This document shows positions 28,555-39,195 of a stretch of DNA of 64,000 nt, one piece after another. The first letter of the stretch is position 1. Each line of letters opens with the position of its first letter. The position numbers and the translations under genes were made by a program. The DNA is from Candidatus Latescibacterota bacterium. Its GTDB lineage: Bacteria > Latescibacterota > UBA2968 > UBA8231. The DNA lies in the NCBI GenBank assembly GCA_965242865.1, contig CBDETK010000013.1, positions 4,352,001 to 4,416,000 of the forward strand. The letters are read 5' to 3'. Below the pieces are notes generated by a model. The model ran no database searches, had not been told where the DNA came from, and was given only the letters and a program-made list of their open reading frames with translations.

Positions 28555-31140
28555 ATGGCTGTTCCAAAGATAAAAGAACTGCGTCGGCCAACGTCGGGAA
28601 GCACGGCCTTCGCCCTCGTCATCGCGCTTGCCGCGAGCACCATCGCCAGCGCGCAGGAAGGTTCGTCTGGTGCGAGCGCGGATACCACCGCGACCGAGTT
28701 TTCGGATATTCTCGAACAAGTGGTCGCGTTTGATGAATTGGTGGTGACGGGATCGCGCGCCCAACCGCGTTCGGTCGCCGAGTCGGCCGTTCCCATCGAC
28801 GTGGTTGCCGGCGAAGATTTCGTCAAACAGGGCGGTTCGGATTTGCCCGATCTGCTGAGAAATGTCGTTCCGTCCTACAATGTCAACATCCAGCCGATCA
28901 GTGACGCTGCGACCTTTGTCCGCCCGGCCAACCTGCGCGGATTAGCACCCGACCACACCTTAGTACTCGTCAACGGCAAACGCCGCCACCGCGGCTCTGT
29001 GATCGCATGGTGGCCTACGGGCGTATCTGACGCGGCGCAAGGGCCTGACATATCGCCGATCCCGGCCATTGCATTAAAGCGCGTGGAAGTGCTGCGCGAC
29101 GGCGCCTCGGCGCAATACGGCTCTGACGCCATTGCCGGGGTGATGAACTTCCAACTCAAGAACAATTATGAAGGCGCGTCCTTGCAACTCAAGCCCGGTA
29201 TTTTCCAAGCGGGCGATGGGCTTACCTACAGCGTGGCCGGCAATGTTGGCTTGGGCAGCGACGAGGCGTGGGCAAACCTCAGCGCGGAGTATGGCAACGC
29301 GGATGAGACGGACCGCTCGGTGCAACGCGCCGATGCCGTGCGCCTGATCGCGCTGGGCAAGGATATAGCCGACCCGGCCCAGCCGTGGGGACAACCCATT
29401 GTTCGCAACGACGTGAAGCTCTTTGCCAATTACGGCGCGTTCATCAACGACCACGTCGAGTTGTACGGACACGGCAATTTTGCCAGCAAGGAAGTGGAGG
29501 GCGGGTTTTACTTTCGCAATCCCAATGAGCGGCACGGCGTGTACAGCATTGATAAGGGCGAGACCCTGCTCATTGGCCGTTTGAGCGGCGGCGCGGTCCC
29601 CCGGGTGCCCATCGTCGATGACGTGCCGCAGCCGGATTCTCTGCAAAAGGTTTTCGACGACCCGGATCTGTTCACCTTCCAAGAAACATTGCCCAATGGC
29701 TTCACGCCCCGGTTTGGCGCGAACACGCAAGACCGCGCCTTGTTGGCCGGGATTAAGGGCACAAAATCGCTGCTGGTATGGGACCTCAGCGCGTCTTATG
29801 GGCGGCACGAAACCGATTTTTTTATCAACCAAACCATCAATGCGTCCCTAGGCCCTAACACCCCAACCTCATTTGATCCGGGCGCGTATATCCAGACCGA
29901 TACCAATTTCAATCTCGATGCGATCTACCCACTTGGCGAGCGGTTGTTCGTTGCCAGCGGGCTTGAATATCGCATTGAAAGGTTTGAAATCGTAAGCGGC
30001 GAGCCAGCCTCTTATGAAGTAGGCCCGTTGGCGCGTTATGGCTTTCTGCCGAGTTCCAATGGGTTCCCGGGATTCAGCGATGTTGCGGCCGGGGCGTGGA
30101 GTCGGTCCAACTGGGCGATTTACGGCGATGCAGAGTGGAACCCGCAGGACAACTGGTTGCTCGGCGGCGCGTTGCGCTTTGAAAATTTCGAGGGATTTGG
30201 CGCGACGACCAATTACAAGTTGGCGACCAATTACGGGATCAACGAGCACGTGAAAGTGCGCGGCTCGTTCAGCACGGGCTTTAGAGCACCCACACCCGGG
30301 CAACAAAATGCGTACAACGAGACGACCGAGTCCGGCGAAGACGACGAGGGCAATCTCATTTTGGTCAATAAAGCCACGATTCCCTCGACGCATCCGGCCG
30401 CAAAATTGGTGGGTGGCGATGTGCTGGAGCCGGAAAAATCGACCAATGTTTCGGCGGGCCTCGTCGTGGCGGTTCCCAATTATCCCGTCCATGTCACGTT
30501 CGACTATTTCAATATTGTGGTGGAGGACCGCCTGACGACCTCGCAGGATTTTAAGCTCAGTGAGCTCGACGCCGCACTAATCGAACAACTGCGCGCAGCG
30601 GGCATCACCAATCTGCAAGAGTTCCGCTTTTTCACCAACAATTTTGCAACGCGCACCCAAGGGATCGACGTCGTTCTCACCGCGCCGGTTGGGTCCAAGG
30701 GGGAACTGAGCCTCGCGTACAATTTCACCAAAACCGCTGTCACCAAATTCGACGAAGACTTGGTCAACCAAAAGCGCATCACGCTCTTGGAACGAGGGCT
30801 TCCCCGACACCGCGCAAACGCGACTCTGACCCAATCCCCAACCGACAAATGGAGCGCGTTGGGCCGCGTCAGTTACTACGGTTCGTGGGATGAATGGGAT
30901 TGGGGCCACCAAGTTTTTGGCAGCGCGTTGTTGCTCGACCTCGAATCCAGCTTTTCGCTCAATGCGGGATCGACAATCACCATCGGCCTGCAAAATGTCC
31001 TCAACACCGAGCCGACGAATTACGAAAACGAGATCGCCGGCGAGGATCCCGCAACCGGCCTCGGCAGACCCTTTGGCGAGCACAGTCCTTATGGCTTTGG
31101 CGGCGCGTTCTGGTACGGGAAATACACCTTTGATCTTTAG
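28555..31140 (+). CDS. TonB-dependent receptor
   Basis: TonB box ELVVTGSR, LVLVNGKRRH, RVEVLRDGASAQYGSDAIAGV, STGFRAP, LEPEKS. Confidence 0.95.
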   Translation: MAVPKIKELRRPTSGSTAFALVIALAASTIASAQEGSSGASADTTATEFSDILEQVVAFDELVVTGSRAQPRSVAESAVPIDVVAGEDFVKQGGSDLPDLLRNVVPSYNVNIQPISDAATFVRPANLRGLAPDHTLVLVNGKRRHRGSVIAWWPTGVSDAAQGPDISPIPAIALKRVEVLRDGASAQYGSDAIAGVMNFQLKNNYEGASLQLKPGIFQAGDGLTYSVAGNVGLGSDEAWANLSAEYGNADETDRSVQRADAVRLIALGKDIADPAQPWGQPIVRNDVKLFANYGAFINDHVELYGHGNFASKEVEGGFYFRNPNERHGVYSIDKGETLLIGRLSGGAVPRVPIVDDVPQPDSLQKVFDDPDLFTFQETLPNGFTPRFGANTQDRALLAGIKGTKSLLVWDLSASYGRHETDFFINQTINASLGPNTPTSFDPGAYIQTDTNFNLDAIYPLGERLFVASGLEYRIERFEIVSGEPASYEVGPLARYGFLPSSNGFPGFSDVAAGAWSRSNWAIYGDAEWNPQDNWLLGGALRFENFEGFGATTNYKLATNYGINEHVKVRGSFSTGFRAPTPGQQNAYNETTESGEDDEGNLILVNKATIPSTHPAAKLVGGDVLEPEKSTNVSAGLVVAVPNYPVHVTFDYFNIVVEDRLTTSQDFKLSELDAALIEQLRAAGITNLQEFRFFTNNFATRTQGIDVVLTAPVGSKGELSLAYNFTKTAVTKFDEDLVNQKRITLLERGLPRHRANATLTQSPTDKWSALGRVSYYGSWDEWDWGHQVFGSALLLDLESSFSLNAGSTITIGLQNVLNTEPTNYENEIAGEDPATGLGRPFGEHSPYGFGGAFWYGKYTFDL

Positions 31141-31215
31141 GTGATCGGTCACTTTTTGTCTGGCGAAACGCCCAAACTTTGAGGAGCGACACAATGCCCA
31201 AATTCCAACTCAACA

Positions 31216-31268
31216 TGGATTCCCCCCCCCGTGTCGGCGCACGGGGTGACGTTCTTGTGCGGGAGTAC
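31216..31268. repeat. Degenerate GGATTCCC...GCGGGA-type palindromic intergenic repeat
   Basis: TGGATTCCC...CCCCGTG/CACGGGG hairpin...GCGGGAGTAC. Confidence 0.45.
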
Positions 31269-31300
31269 GAGGTAAAAAAAATGCTTTCAAGGAGTCCTCT

Positions 31301-34009
31301 ATGAGATCGCCTTTTTTTGTCGCGTCTTTGTTTTGCCTCCTAGCCGGCGCGGCCCTAGCCCAAGACTACGGTCGTCGGCTGGGCGTTCAGCGCGGCGGCC
31401 GGACCACGTTTGAGCCCCAAGGTTCGGGCGTCCTTTTTGACGCGATAGACCCGGCCGTGAAAAAGTGGTACATCCCGCAGGAGCTCTTCAACGAGTACCG
31501 CTGGCGGCAATGGGAGTACTCCAACTACGCCCGCACCCCCTACCAACGCTACGTCGATGTGGCACTGGAGGGCAGCTACTTCTACGACTTTTTTGGCAAT
31601 TTCGTCAATCGCGGCTGGCTCATCTTCAACAACAGCCAAAGCCAGCCCTTGCAGCGCGGCAACGAGCTGTTCAAGGACGACCGCTTTGGCACTTGGTTCA
31701 ACAGCTTGCTCATCGCGTCGGACTCCATCGGCGAGTACCACTACGCCCTCACCATTGGCAACGGCATCCGCACCACCCTGACGCCCATGACCTTTTCCAA
31801 GCCCGATTTCGACGGCGTCCAGTTCGACTTCGCCACGGACAAATACTTGCTCACCTTCCTGTATTCGCGGCTGAGCGAATCGGGCGGCTCGGGCACCAAC
31901 GTCGAGGGCATCAATCGCACCAATAACACCACCCTGATGGGGGGGCGCACCACCGTTCAGGTGGGCGATTTCACCACGTTGGGGTTCAACTTTGTCAACG
32001 CCCACCAATCGAATACCCTCACCGACGGCTTCGGCGGCAATCCCCTCGCCGGGGAACTGACCGTGGATCAAAAGAACGAAGCCATCGCTTGGATTGAAAT
32101 TTTGCTCAGCGACGACTCGCCAGCCGATGGCGAGGGGGGCGCGGCGTTTTTCCGCGCCGGCTCGGACATCATCATCACCTATTTGGACGGCAGCGTGGAC
32201 CGCGGCAGGGAAATTGGGTTTGAGCCGGTCGTCGAAGGCGGGTTCCCGCAGGAGGGATTTATCGCGGCCGACGGCAACGAGCAAATCCGCCTGCGCTACG
32301 ATTTCAACAGCGCGGATTTTTTGTTGGTCGCGTCGCAGGACAAATCCCAGATTCGCAACGTCCAGTTCGACTTGGTACTGGGCAACGACTACAAGGTGCA
32401 GGCCACGTCCAACCGCCAAACCGGCCGCAGCAACGACCCCATCTTCCTGCTGGTCACCCGCGCCCCAGGCAACGTCAAGGACAACACCAATCTGCGGGTC
32501 GTCTCGTTTGAGTACGGCCTGCCCACGGCCACGCAAATATTTGGCTTCACGCTCGCGTTGGAAGACGTCAAGGGCTTTCACCTGTACGGCGAGTGGGACA
32601 ACAGCCGCACGTATCGCAAGTATCCCTATCCGAGCGCGGACCAAGGCAACACCGACCACAGCACCTCCTCGGGCACATCCGCCAAGCCCTCGGCCGACGC
32701 CTTCATGCTCAACCTGTGGAAGCGCGCCGCGCCGTATTTCTTTTTTGCCGAGGCATTCCAGATGGACCCAGATTACGCCACCTCAACGTACATCAGCGAG
32801 CAGGACGGCTTCATCGACTACAATTCCGGCTATTTTGCCGACCACAACCCGGGCAGCAACGAGCGGTTCTTGGTGGAATTCGTCGAGGACAACGACGACC
32901 AAGACCGCACCCCGGATTGGGGCCGCAACGACGCCCTGTCGGTCGATCGCGCAGTCTTTCCGGGGTGGGACGAAAACAACGATTTCATTCCCGACTTCAA
33001 CCAAAACGACAACGGCCGCGTCATCAATCTGATCCCAGACTACGAGGAGCCTTTTCTCCGCCAACACGTCGATCGGCCCGAATTTCTCTACGGCATTGAC
33101 GCCAACAACAACGGCTGGGTCGATCGCTTTGAAAACGACAACGAGCCAGACTTTCCCTACAAGCGCGACCGCCGCGGCTTCAACGTGTACGCCGGCGTCC
33201 ACATCACCCCGGAAATCCGCGCCACCATCGGGCATTTGCGCGAGGAGCGGATTACCTCGGACCAGCGCAACCGCGCCACCTACGGCGTGCTGACCGTCGA
33301 TTTAGACCATCCGAATTGGGGGCGGCTCAAGGTCATGGAAGTGCTCAAAAGCGTGGCGGACGACATTCCCGACGACCTCATCCAGTGGGACAACCGCAAC
33401 ACCCTGCGCGACTCCCGCAACGTGGAGGTGCTGGACCCGCTGTTGGCCCGCGACGCGCTCAACAATTCGCTGTACATCGGCCATACGTACGCGCCGCTAG
33501 CGGATTTGACGATCAAAAATTCGCTCAAATACGACCTGTGGCACCAGCGTCTCGGCCCAGCCGCACGCACCCAGTTCGGCTTGGACGACGCGGAGTTTTT
33601 CTTGGGCGTCATCAACAAGGCCGACTACCTCGTGGAGCTGGCGCGGCTGCGGGTGCTGCCGAGGTGGAAAAGCGAATACCGCCGCCAGACCTACGACCTG
33701 TTTACCCAAGCCAAGCGCACCGAGCTGACCGAGATTCTGGGCGTGGTCGTAGAGCTGCCCCTGATGCGGCGCACCACCCTCGCGACCGGCGTCGAGTACG
33801 TGCTGTTTCGGGATTTGGAAGCCGACATCAACAACTTCCAATCCTTCATCACAGCGGGCCAAGTGACCAATGTGGCCGAATACCAAGGCTACGTGCTGAC
33901 CACGCAGGTCGGCCTGAAGTTCGACGCCCGCGACTTTGAAGACCCAGACATTAAAACCCGCACTGTGACCGAGGGCTTTATCACGGTGTACGCGGGCTTG
34001 GGTATATAG
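31301..34009 (+). CDS. Large exported hypothetical protein, probable outer-membrane barrel with Asp/Asn-rich Ca-binding-like loops
   Basis: RBS AAGGAG, signal peptide, DNDDQD/DENNDFIPD/DANNNG motifs, beta-rich C-terminus ending VYAGLGI. Confidence 0.7.
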   Translation: MRSPFFVASLFCLLAGAALAQDYGRRLGVQRGGRTTFEPQGSGVLFDAIDPAVKKWYIPQELFNEYRWRQWEYSNYARTPYQRYVDVALEGSYFYDFFGNFVNRGWLIFNNSQSQPLQRGNELFKDDRFGTWFNSLLIASDSIGEYHYALTIGNGIRTTLTPMTFSKPDFDGVQFDFATDKYLLTFLYSRLSESGGSGTNVEGINRTNNTTLMGGRTTVQVGDFTTLGFNFVNAHQSNTLTDGFGGNPLAGELTVDQKNEAIAWIEILLSDDSPADGEGGAAFFRAGSDIIITYLDGSVDRGREIGFEPVVEGGFPQEGFIAADGNEQIRLRYDFNSADFLLVASQDKSQIRNVQFDLVLGNDYKVQATSNRQTGRSNDPIFLLVTRAPGNVKDNTNLRVVSFEYGLPTATQIFGFTLALEDVKGFHLYGEWDNSRTYRKYPYPSADQGNTDHSTSSGTSAKPSADAFMLNLWKRAAPYFFFAEAFQMDPDYATSTYISEQDGFIDYNSGYFADHNPGSNERFLVEFVEDNDDQDRTPDWGRNDALSVDRAVFPGWDENNDFIPDFNQNDNGRVINLIPDYEEPFLRQHVDRPEFLYGIDANNNGWVDRFENDNEPDFPYKRDRRGFNVYAGVHITPEIRATIGHLREERITSDQRNRATYGVLTVDLDHPNWGRLKVMEVLKSVADDIPDDLIQWDNRNTLRDSRNVEVLDPLLARDALNNSLYIGHTYAPLADLTIKNSLKYDLWHQRLGPAARTQFGLDDAEFFLGVINKADYLVELARLRVLPRWKSEYRRQTYDLFTQAKRTELTEILGVVVELPLMRRTTLATGVEYVLFRDLEADINNFQSFITAGQVTNVAEYQGYVLTTQVGLKFDARDFEDPDIKTRTVTEGFITVYAGLGI

Positions 34010-34013
34010 CGCG

Positions 34014-36215
34014 GTGGCAAAACTCGCGCTCGTCTGGGGCGCGGCCTTTGCGTTGCGGCTGTTGTACCTCTTCCAGAGCCAGCGCAGCCCGTTCTACGAT
34101 TTTCCCCTCGTTGACGCCAAAACGTACGCCCAAGCGGCCGCGGCCATGGCCCTCGGCCACTTCGGGGATCAGCCCTTTTGGCAACCCCCGCTCTATCCGC
34201 ATTTCCTCGGCGCGCTCTACGCGCTTTTTGAGCCTAATTTTACCCTGCCGCGGTTGGTCCAAGCTGCACTGGGGGCCACGCTGTGCCTGCTGATTTTTCG
34301 CTTGGGGCGGGTCTTTTCGCCGACCGTGGGCTATTGGGCGGCTGGGCTGGCCGCGTGTTACGGGCCTTTCATTTTCTTTGAGGCCGAGTTGCTGCCGCCG
34401 GCCCTCGCGCTACCGTTAAACCTGCTCGCGCTGGGGGCGTTGTTGTGGGCGGTCGAGGGGCGGGCGCGGCGGTTGCTGTTGCCCGGGTTCCTCTTCGGCC
34501 TTGCCGCGCTGTGCGTGGCCAATGTGCTGGCGTTTGTGCCGGTGGCGGTGCTGTGGTTGGTATGGGTGCGGCGCGGCTCGTTGGCGGGGGCGGCCCTGCT
34601 GTTGTTGGGCACCGCCTTGGCCATCGCGCCGGTCACTTTGCGCAACTACGCTGTGGGCGGCGATTGGGTGCTCATCTCGTCCAACGCGGGGCTCAATTTT
34701 TACATTGGCAACAACGCCCAGTACGACGAGACCGTGGCGATTCAGCCCGGACCGGCGTGGGCAGAACTCACCGCGCGGCCGCGCTTGGAGGCCGGCGCGA
34801 CCCAGCCTTCGGCCCAATCCCGTTTTTTCTGGGCCGAGGCTTGGGACTTCATGCGCGAGCAGCCGGTGGCGTACCTCAAGCTGCTGCTGCACAAGTTGTA
34901 TCTGTTTTGGCATGGCGACGAGATTGGCCGCAATCAAGACCTCTACTTTGCCCGCCAGTACTCGCCGTTGTTGCAAGTCTTGCTTTGGAAGTGCGGCGTG
35001 GCATTCCCCTTTGGGCTGCTGGCGCCGCTCGCGCTGGTGGGGCTGGGCCTGAGCTATCGGAACGGCTTGTTGCGCCGCCCCGAACCCCTGTTGCTGGCGT
35101 TGTTCGCCGGCGCGTACATGCTCACGGTGGTGGCTTTTTTCGTTAGCGCCCGCTATCGCCTGCCCGTGGTGCCCATCCTACTGATATTTGCCGCATACAG
35201 CGGCCGGGAGCTCTACCGGCTGTGGCGGCGGAGGGCGTACCGAGACCTGCTCGTCGCTGGCGGGGCCGCGTTCGCGTTGGCCCTCGCCAGCAATTTCCGG
35301 GTGGGAGCGATGAATGTGGAAGGCGACGCCCACACGCACTATCGCTTGGGCTATGTGCAGGAGAAAAAGGGGTTGCCGATCAATGCCACCGCCGCTTATG
35401 AGAAAGCACTGACGCTCGACTCAGACCTCAAGTGGGCGCGGTTCAACCTCGCTTCTTTGTACGCCCGGAGCGGCGAGTACAACCGGGCCATGGCGGCATA
35501 CAGGGAGTTCATCCGGCGCTTTCCCGCAGAGGCACGGGCGCGGCTGGCGCTGGGCAATGTCTATTTGCGGACCGGCCGCTACGCCGAAGCAATCGCGATG
35601 TACGAGGGCTTGCTGAATGCCGAGGACGCAGACACCGCCGACCTCTACGGGCGGCTCGGCTATGCTCGCGCTCAGTTGGGGCAGTGGCAGCAAGCCGCGG
35701 TCGCCTATAGCGCGCTCGTGGCGGCCAAGCCGGATTCGCTGCAAGCGCGCTTTCAGTTGGGCGAGCTGTACGAGCGGCTGGACCGCTTGGACGTAGCCCG
35801 CGCCGAATACCAGCAGATTCTAGCGGCCGATTCCCTGCACACGGCGGCGCGCTACCGCTTGGCGCGCTTGCTCTTCTTCGCCGACCGAGCCGAGGAGGCC
35901 AAAGCCCACTTGCAGCAAGCGATTGCGGGTGACCCAGCCGCGGTTGATGCCCGCTTGCTCTTGGCCACCCAGTACATCGTCGAGCACCGTGCGGCCGCCG
36001 CCATGGAACAGGTGCAGGCCATTTTGGCGATTCAGCCCGAGCACTATCAGGGCAACCGCTTGGCCGGTCATTTGTACATGGTTTTGGGGGACACGCTCAA
36101 AGGCGTGCAGCACTTAGAGCAGTTTACCGAGCAGTATCGAGAAGGGCGCTCGGCCGAGATTTTTGAGCAGCTTAAAAAGCAGTGGGAGCAGCAGTTGCAG
36201 GGAGGGGGTCACTAG
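34014..36215 (+). CDS. GT-C (PMT/ArnT-like) membrane glycosyltransferase with C-terminal TPRs
   Basis: Many TM helices, WQPPLYPHFL, NFYIGNN, ARYRLPV, tandem TPRs. Confidence 0.85.
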   Translation: MAKLALVWGAAFALRLLYLFQSQRSPFYDFPLVDAKTYAQAAAAMALGHFGDQPFWQPPLYPHFLGALYALFEPNFTLPRLVQAALGATLCLLIFRLGRVFSPTVGYWAAGLAACYGPFIFFEAELLPPALALPLNLLALGALLWAVEGRARRLLLPGFLFGLAALCVANVLAFVPVAVLWLVWVRRGSLAGAALLLLGTALAIAPVTLRNYAVGGDWVLISSNAGLNFYIGNNAQYDETVAIQPGPAWAELTARPRLEAGATQPSAQSRFFWAEAWDFMREQPVAYLKLLLHKLYLFWHGDEIGRNQDLYFARQYSPLLQVLLWKCGVAFPFGLLAPLALVGLGLSYRNGLLRRPEPLLLALFAGAYMLTVVAFFVSARYRLPVVPILLIFAAYSGRELYRLWRRRAYRDLLVAGGAAFALALASNFRVGAMNVEGDAHTHYRLGYVQEKKGLPINATAAYEKALTLDSDLKWARFNLASLYARSGEYNRAMAAYREFIRRFPAEARARLALGNVYLRTGRYAEAIAMYEGLLNAEDADTADLYGRLGYARAQLGQWQQAAVAYSALVAAKPDSLQARFQLGELYERLDRLDVARAEYQQILAADSLHTAARYRLARLLFFADRAEEAKAHLQQAIAGDPAAVDARLLLATQYIVEHRAAAAMEQVQAILAIQPEHYQGNRLAGHLYMVLGDTLKGVQHLEQFTEQYREGRSAEIFEQLKKQWEQQLQGGGH

Positions 36216-36541
36216 CGTTTGTCGCGCCCGAGCTTGTAGAGCGCGACACTCCGTCCCGCTCGCTTCGCTTTGAGCCAGCGTTTGAACGAAGCCTCGCTCT
36301 CCCCGGATCGACGCCCCGCCAGCAGCCCTTCCACGCTAATGTCCTCGTCCAAATTTTCCCAGTGAATGTGGCGATTCGCAGCACACAGTTCCCAATTGTT
36401 GCGTTCGGCTGGCGTCGCGTGGACGAGCCGCGGATACCACGTTAGCGGAACGGAGATGATGCGACCGTCCGCGAGTTCGACCGTAAGCGTAGCTTCAGTG
36501 ACCGCGATGCTCTTTGCACCGGGCACTTCTAATTCCCTCAA
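36212..36541 (-). CDS. DUF2442-domain protein (TA component, orphan)
   Basis: LTVELADGRIISVPLTWYPRL...IHWENLDEDISVEGLLAG; TTG start overlapping upstream TGA. Confidence 0.85.
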   Translation of the reverse strand: MRELEVPGAKSIAVTEATLTVELADGRIISVPLTWYPRLVHATPAERNNWELCAANRHIHWENLDEDISVEGLLAGRRSGESEASFKRWLKAKRAGRSVALYKLGRDKR

Positions 36542-39195
36542 TACGCCACGGCCACTGAGCGCATCCGGTGGGTCTGACGCGCATCGCCATTGACCGAGAG
36601 CGATACCAAGTACAGCCCCGGCGGCACCCGGTTGCCGTTGGCGTCGCGCCCATCCCAAGACAGGTGGTCGTAGTGCCCGCTCAGTTCGGCGCCTGCGTAG
36701 AGCGGCTTTACGAGGCGGCCAGACAGGTCGAAGACGCGCACTTGTACGGCGGTGGGGCGGGTCACAGCGAGGATGTCGTAGCCAATGGTCGCGGCGTCGT
36801 TGATGCCGTCGCCATTGGGGGTAAACGCGCTCGGCTCAATGGCAAAAGCGCCGAACAGGTCGCCTTGGTTGATGTCTGGGCTTAACACGGTGATGCCCGA
36901 ATCCGTGGGCAGGTCGGCTTCCCCTAAGAAGTCGGCGTTGCCTGCGGAGATGCGCTGGATGCTCCCGGCCTGCGACGAGAGCACGGCCTGCCCGCGGAAC
37001 AAGGTGCTATACAGCAACACGCGCCCGCGGAACTTGATTTTTAGCAGCATCTCGCCGCCATCGGCCGGGCGAGTGATTTGGGGGAAGCGCACGATCGCAT
37101 TGCGCTCGGTCACCGCTTGGATGACAAACGAGCCGCCGTCGGCCGATTCTACGGTATAGGGCAAGGCGTGTTGGACGCCGTCGGGCGTCTGCACGGCCGC
37201 TTGCCCATTGGCCGCGGTCACGATGTCGGCGTTCAGGGCCTGCTCGGCCACGAGCCGGTCGGGCAGCTCCCAGATCTCGATTTTGTCAATGCCCAGCACT
37301 TGGTTCGCGGTTAGCAGCTCAAAGGTGTCGAACCCCTTGACCCCGGCGAACTCCATTTTGGCGCGCACCGCATACGTGAAATCCACCGGCTCAAAGACTT
37401 CCACCTCCCGCGGGAAGATCTCGGCGACGAGCTCCTCGGCAATCGGCGGCAGCAGGTATTCAATGGACAGCTGTTCCAACGCCTTGGTCGCGTTGATTTC
37501 GCGGTTGAGAAAATCGACGGAAAACTGGATGTAGCGGCGCGGCCCGGGCGACAAAACCGGCGTACCGCCCTCCCATTCGCCGCCTTGGTGGGGCGACGAC
37601 CAAGGGCTCCAATTTTGCAGGTCCTCTTCGATTTCTCCCTTGCCCCACACCTGCGGGGGCACGGCTTCGAGGTCGGGCGCGAGGTCGAGATATTCGTCGC
37701 GTGCGAGCTGGTCGCTCGGGCGGTCTAGGGAGGAGGCAAGTTGGTCGTCTGACACGCGCTGGACATTGCCGCGCTTGTACAGCACCGGGGTCGGATCCGT
37801 GCCCGTGCGGGTGCGGACGATGATCTCGGCGAGGCCGCTGGTGCGCCCGAGCGGTCTGGCCGTTGGCTCCGCGCTTTGCTGGCGGCCCGGCCGCACGACC
37901 GCGCCGCAGTGGGTCTGGAAGCACTCATGCACGTTGGTGTAGCCTTCGGCGGTAAACCGCGCCGTGGGGGCGCAGTCGCCGTAGTCGCTGGGGATGGCGT
38001 CCGGGGCGGTGAACACAGCGGATTCGACTCGGCAGGTACTGGGCGCGGGGTCGGTTGGATTGCTGCGGGAGCGCAAATCCACGGTTCTTTCGCGCCAACT
38101 GATGTTTCCCCAAGTGGCCGGTGCGCCCAAGTCGTACACGTGGGAGATGTAGCGGCTCGTGCCGATAAAGCCCTCGCCAAAGACTTCAAATTCGTCGAGC
38201 TCGTAGGGAAAGGAGGACGTGGATTTGAGGCGCACAAAGCGCGCGGTCTGGGCCGGGTCAATCGCCAGTTCCACGACCGCCTCTTCGTTGCTAGCGGTCT
38301 TGAGCAGCATTGCAAAGTCGTCGAGCTGGGGCACGAGGCGGCCGGTGCCGTCTAGGACGAGGTTTTGCCCGTCGTGGGAGAGCAACTCAAACTGGCGAAT
38401 GAAATCCGTCTGAAAGGGGTATTGGGGAGCACTTTGCACGGTGTTGCGCGGATAGAAGCGGATGCGGTTGATGCCAATGGGGCTGCCGAGGTCGAGGACG
38501 ATAAAGGTGCCCAAGGCCCCAAAGGTGCCCTTGCGGGCGAACGCATCTTCGGCCCCGCCCGGCTCAATGAGCTCCAGCAGGGTCGCTTCGAGCAACGATG
38601 CGGGGATATCCTTGATGGCCGGTGCCGTAATGCCGCCGCCCCACCCGAGGGCGCGCCGGGCCACGTTCTCGCCGCGGACGACGTGGTCTGGGCTCAACAA
38701 GACCGGCAGGATGAGCGGGTCAACGCCGGCCGAGCGCACCGGCTCTAGGGCGGCCGCGATTTGTGCCACGGCCTCGTCGAGGGAAATGTCCGCGGCAAAA
38801 TCAATGCGAATCAGGGAGAGTCCCTCGCGCTGGGAAGGCGCCATCGCCGTGGCCCCGGGCAGGGACGCGAGCGCGGCGAGCAGTTTCTCTTCGGCTAAGG
38901 CCACTTCGCCAGCGAGCAATTCGGGCGGGGCTTGGATCAGGGTCTTGACCAGCACTTGGGGGCTTACCACCGCTAGATTCGACAAATCGATGATGTTGCC
39001 CGGTACATTGCCGACTTCGGTGAAGAACCGGCTGACCTTGTATTCGGCGGGGAGCGGCTGCACGGCTGCGCCAAAGGTCTGCCCGGCCCAAGAGACGTTG
39101 CCGTTGTTGCCCACCCGCAGGGTATCGAGCGCTCGCAGGTCGGTGCCGAGCACCAGCACACCCCAGAGCATGCCCAACGCGAGCCGATAAGCCAT
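36538..39195 (-). CDS. Secreted protein with discoidin-like domain and FlgD-Ig / T9SS-type C-terminal domain
   Basis: Signal peptide; INRIRFYPR, EFEVFGEGF, FTPNGDGIND, WDGRDANGNRVPPGLY. Confidence 0.8.
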   Translation of the reverse strand: MAYRLALGMLWGVLVLGTDLRALDTLRVGNNGNVSWAGQTFGAAVQPLPAEYKVSRFFTEVGNVPGNIIDLSNLAVVSPQVLVKTLIQAPPELLAGEVALAEEKLLAALASLPGATAMAPSQREGLSLIRIDFAADISLDEAVAQIAAALEPVRSAGVDPLILPVLLSPDHVVRGENVARRALGWGGGITAPAIKDIPASLLEATLLELIEPGGAEDAFARKGTFGALGTFIVLDLGSPIGINRIRFYPRNTVQSAPQYPFQTDFIRQFELLSHDGQNLVLDGTGRLVPQLDDFAMLLKTASNEEAVVELAIDPAQTARFVRLKSTSSFPYELDEFEVFGEGFIGTSRYISHVYDLGAPATWGNISWRERTVDLRSRSNPTDPAPSTCRVESAVFTAPDAIPSDYGDCAPTARFTAEGYTNVHECFQTHCGAVVRPGRQQSAEPTARPLGRTSGLAEIIVRTRTGTDPTPVLYKRGNVQRVSDDQLASSLDRPSDQLARDEYLDLAPDLEAVPPQVWGKGEIEEDLQNWSPWSSPHQGGEWEGGTPVLSPGPRRYIQFSVDFLNREINATKALEQLSIEYLLPPIAEELVAEIFPREVEVFEPVDFTYAVRAKMEFAGVKGFDTFELLTANQVLGIDKIEIWELPDRLVAEQALNADIVTAANGQAAVQTPDGVQHALPYTVESADGGSFVIQAVTERNAIVRFPQITRPADGGEMLLKIKFRGRVLLYSTLFRGQAVLSSQAGSIQRISAGNADFLGEADLPTDSGITVLSPDINQGDLFGAFAIEPSAFTPNGDGINDAATIGYDILAVTRPTAVQVRVFDLSGRLVKPLYAGAELSGHYDHLSWDGRDANGNRVPPGLYLVSLSVNGDARQTHRMRSVAVAY

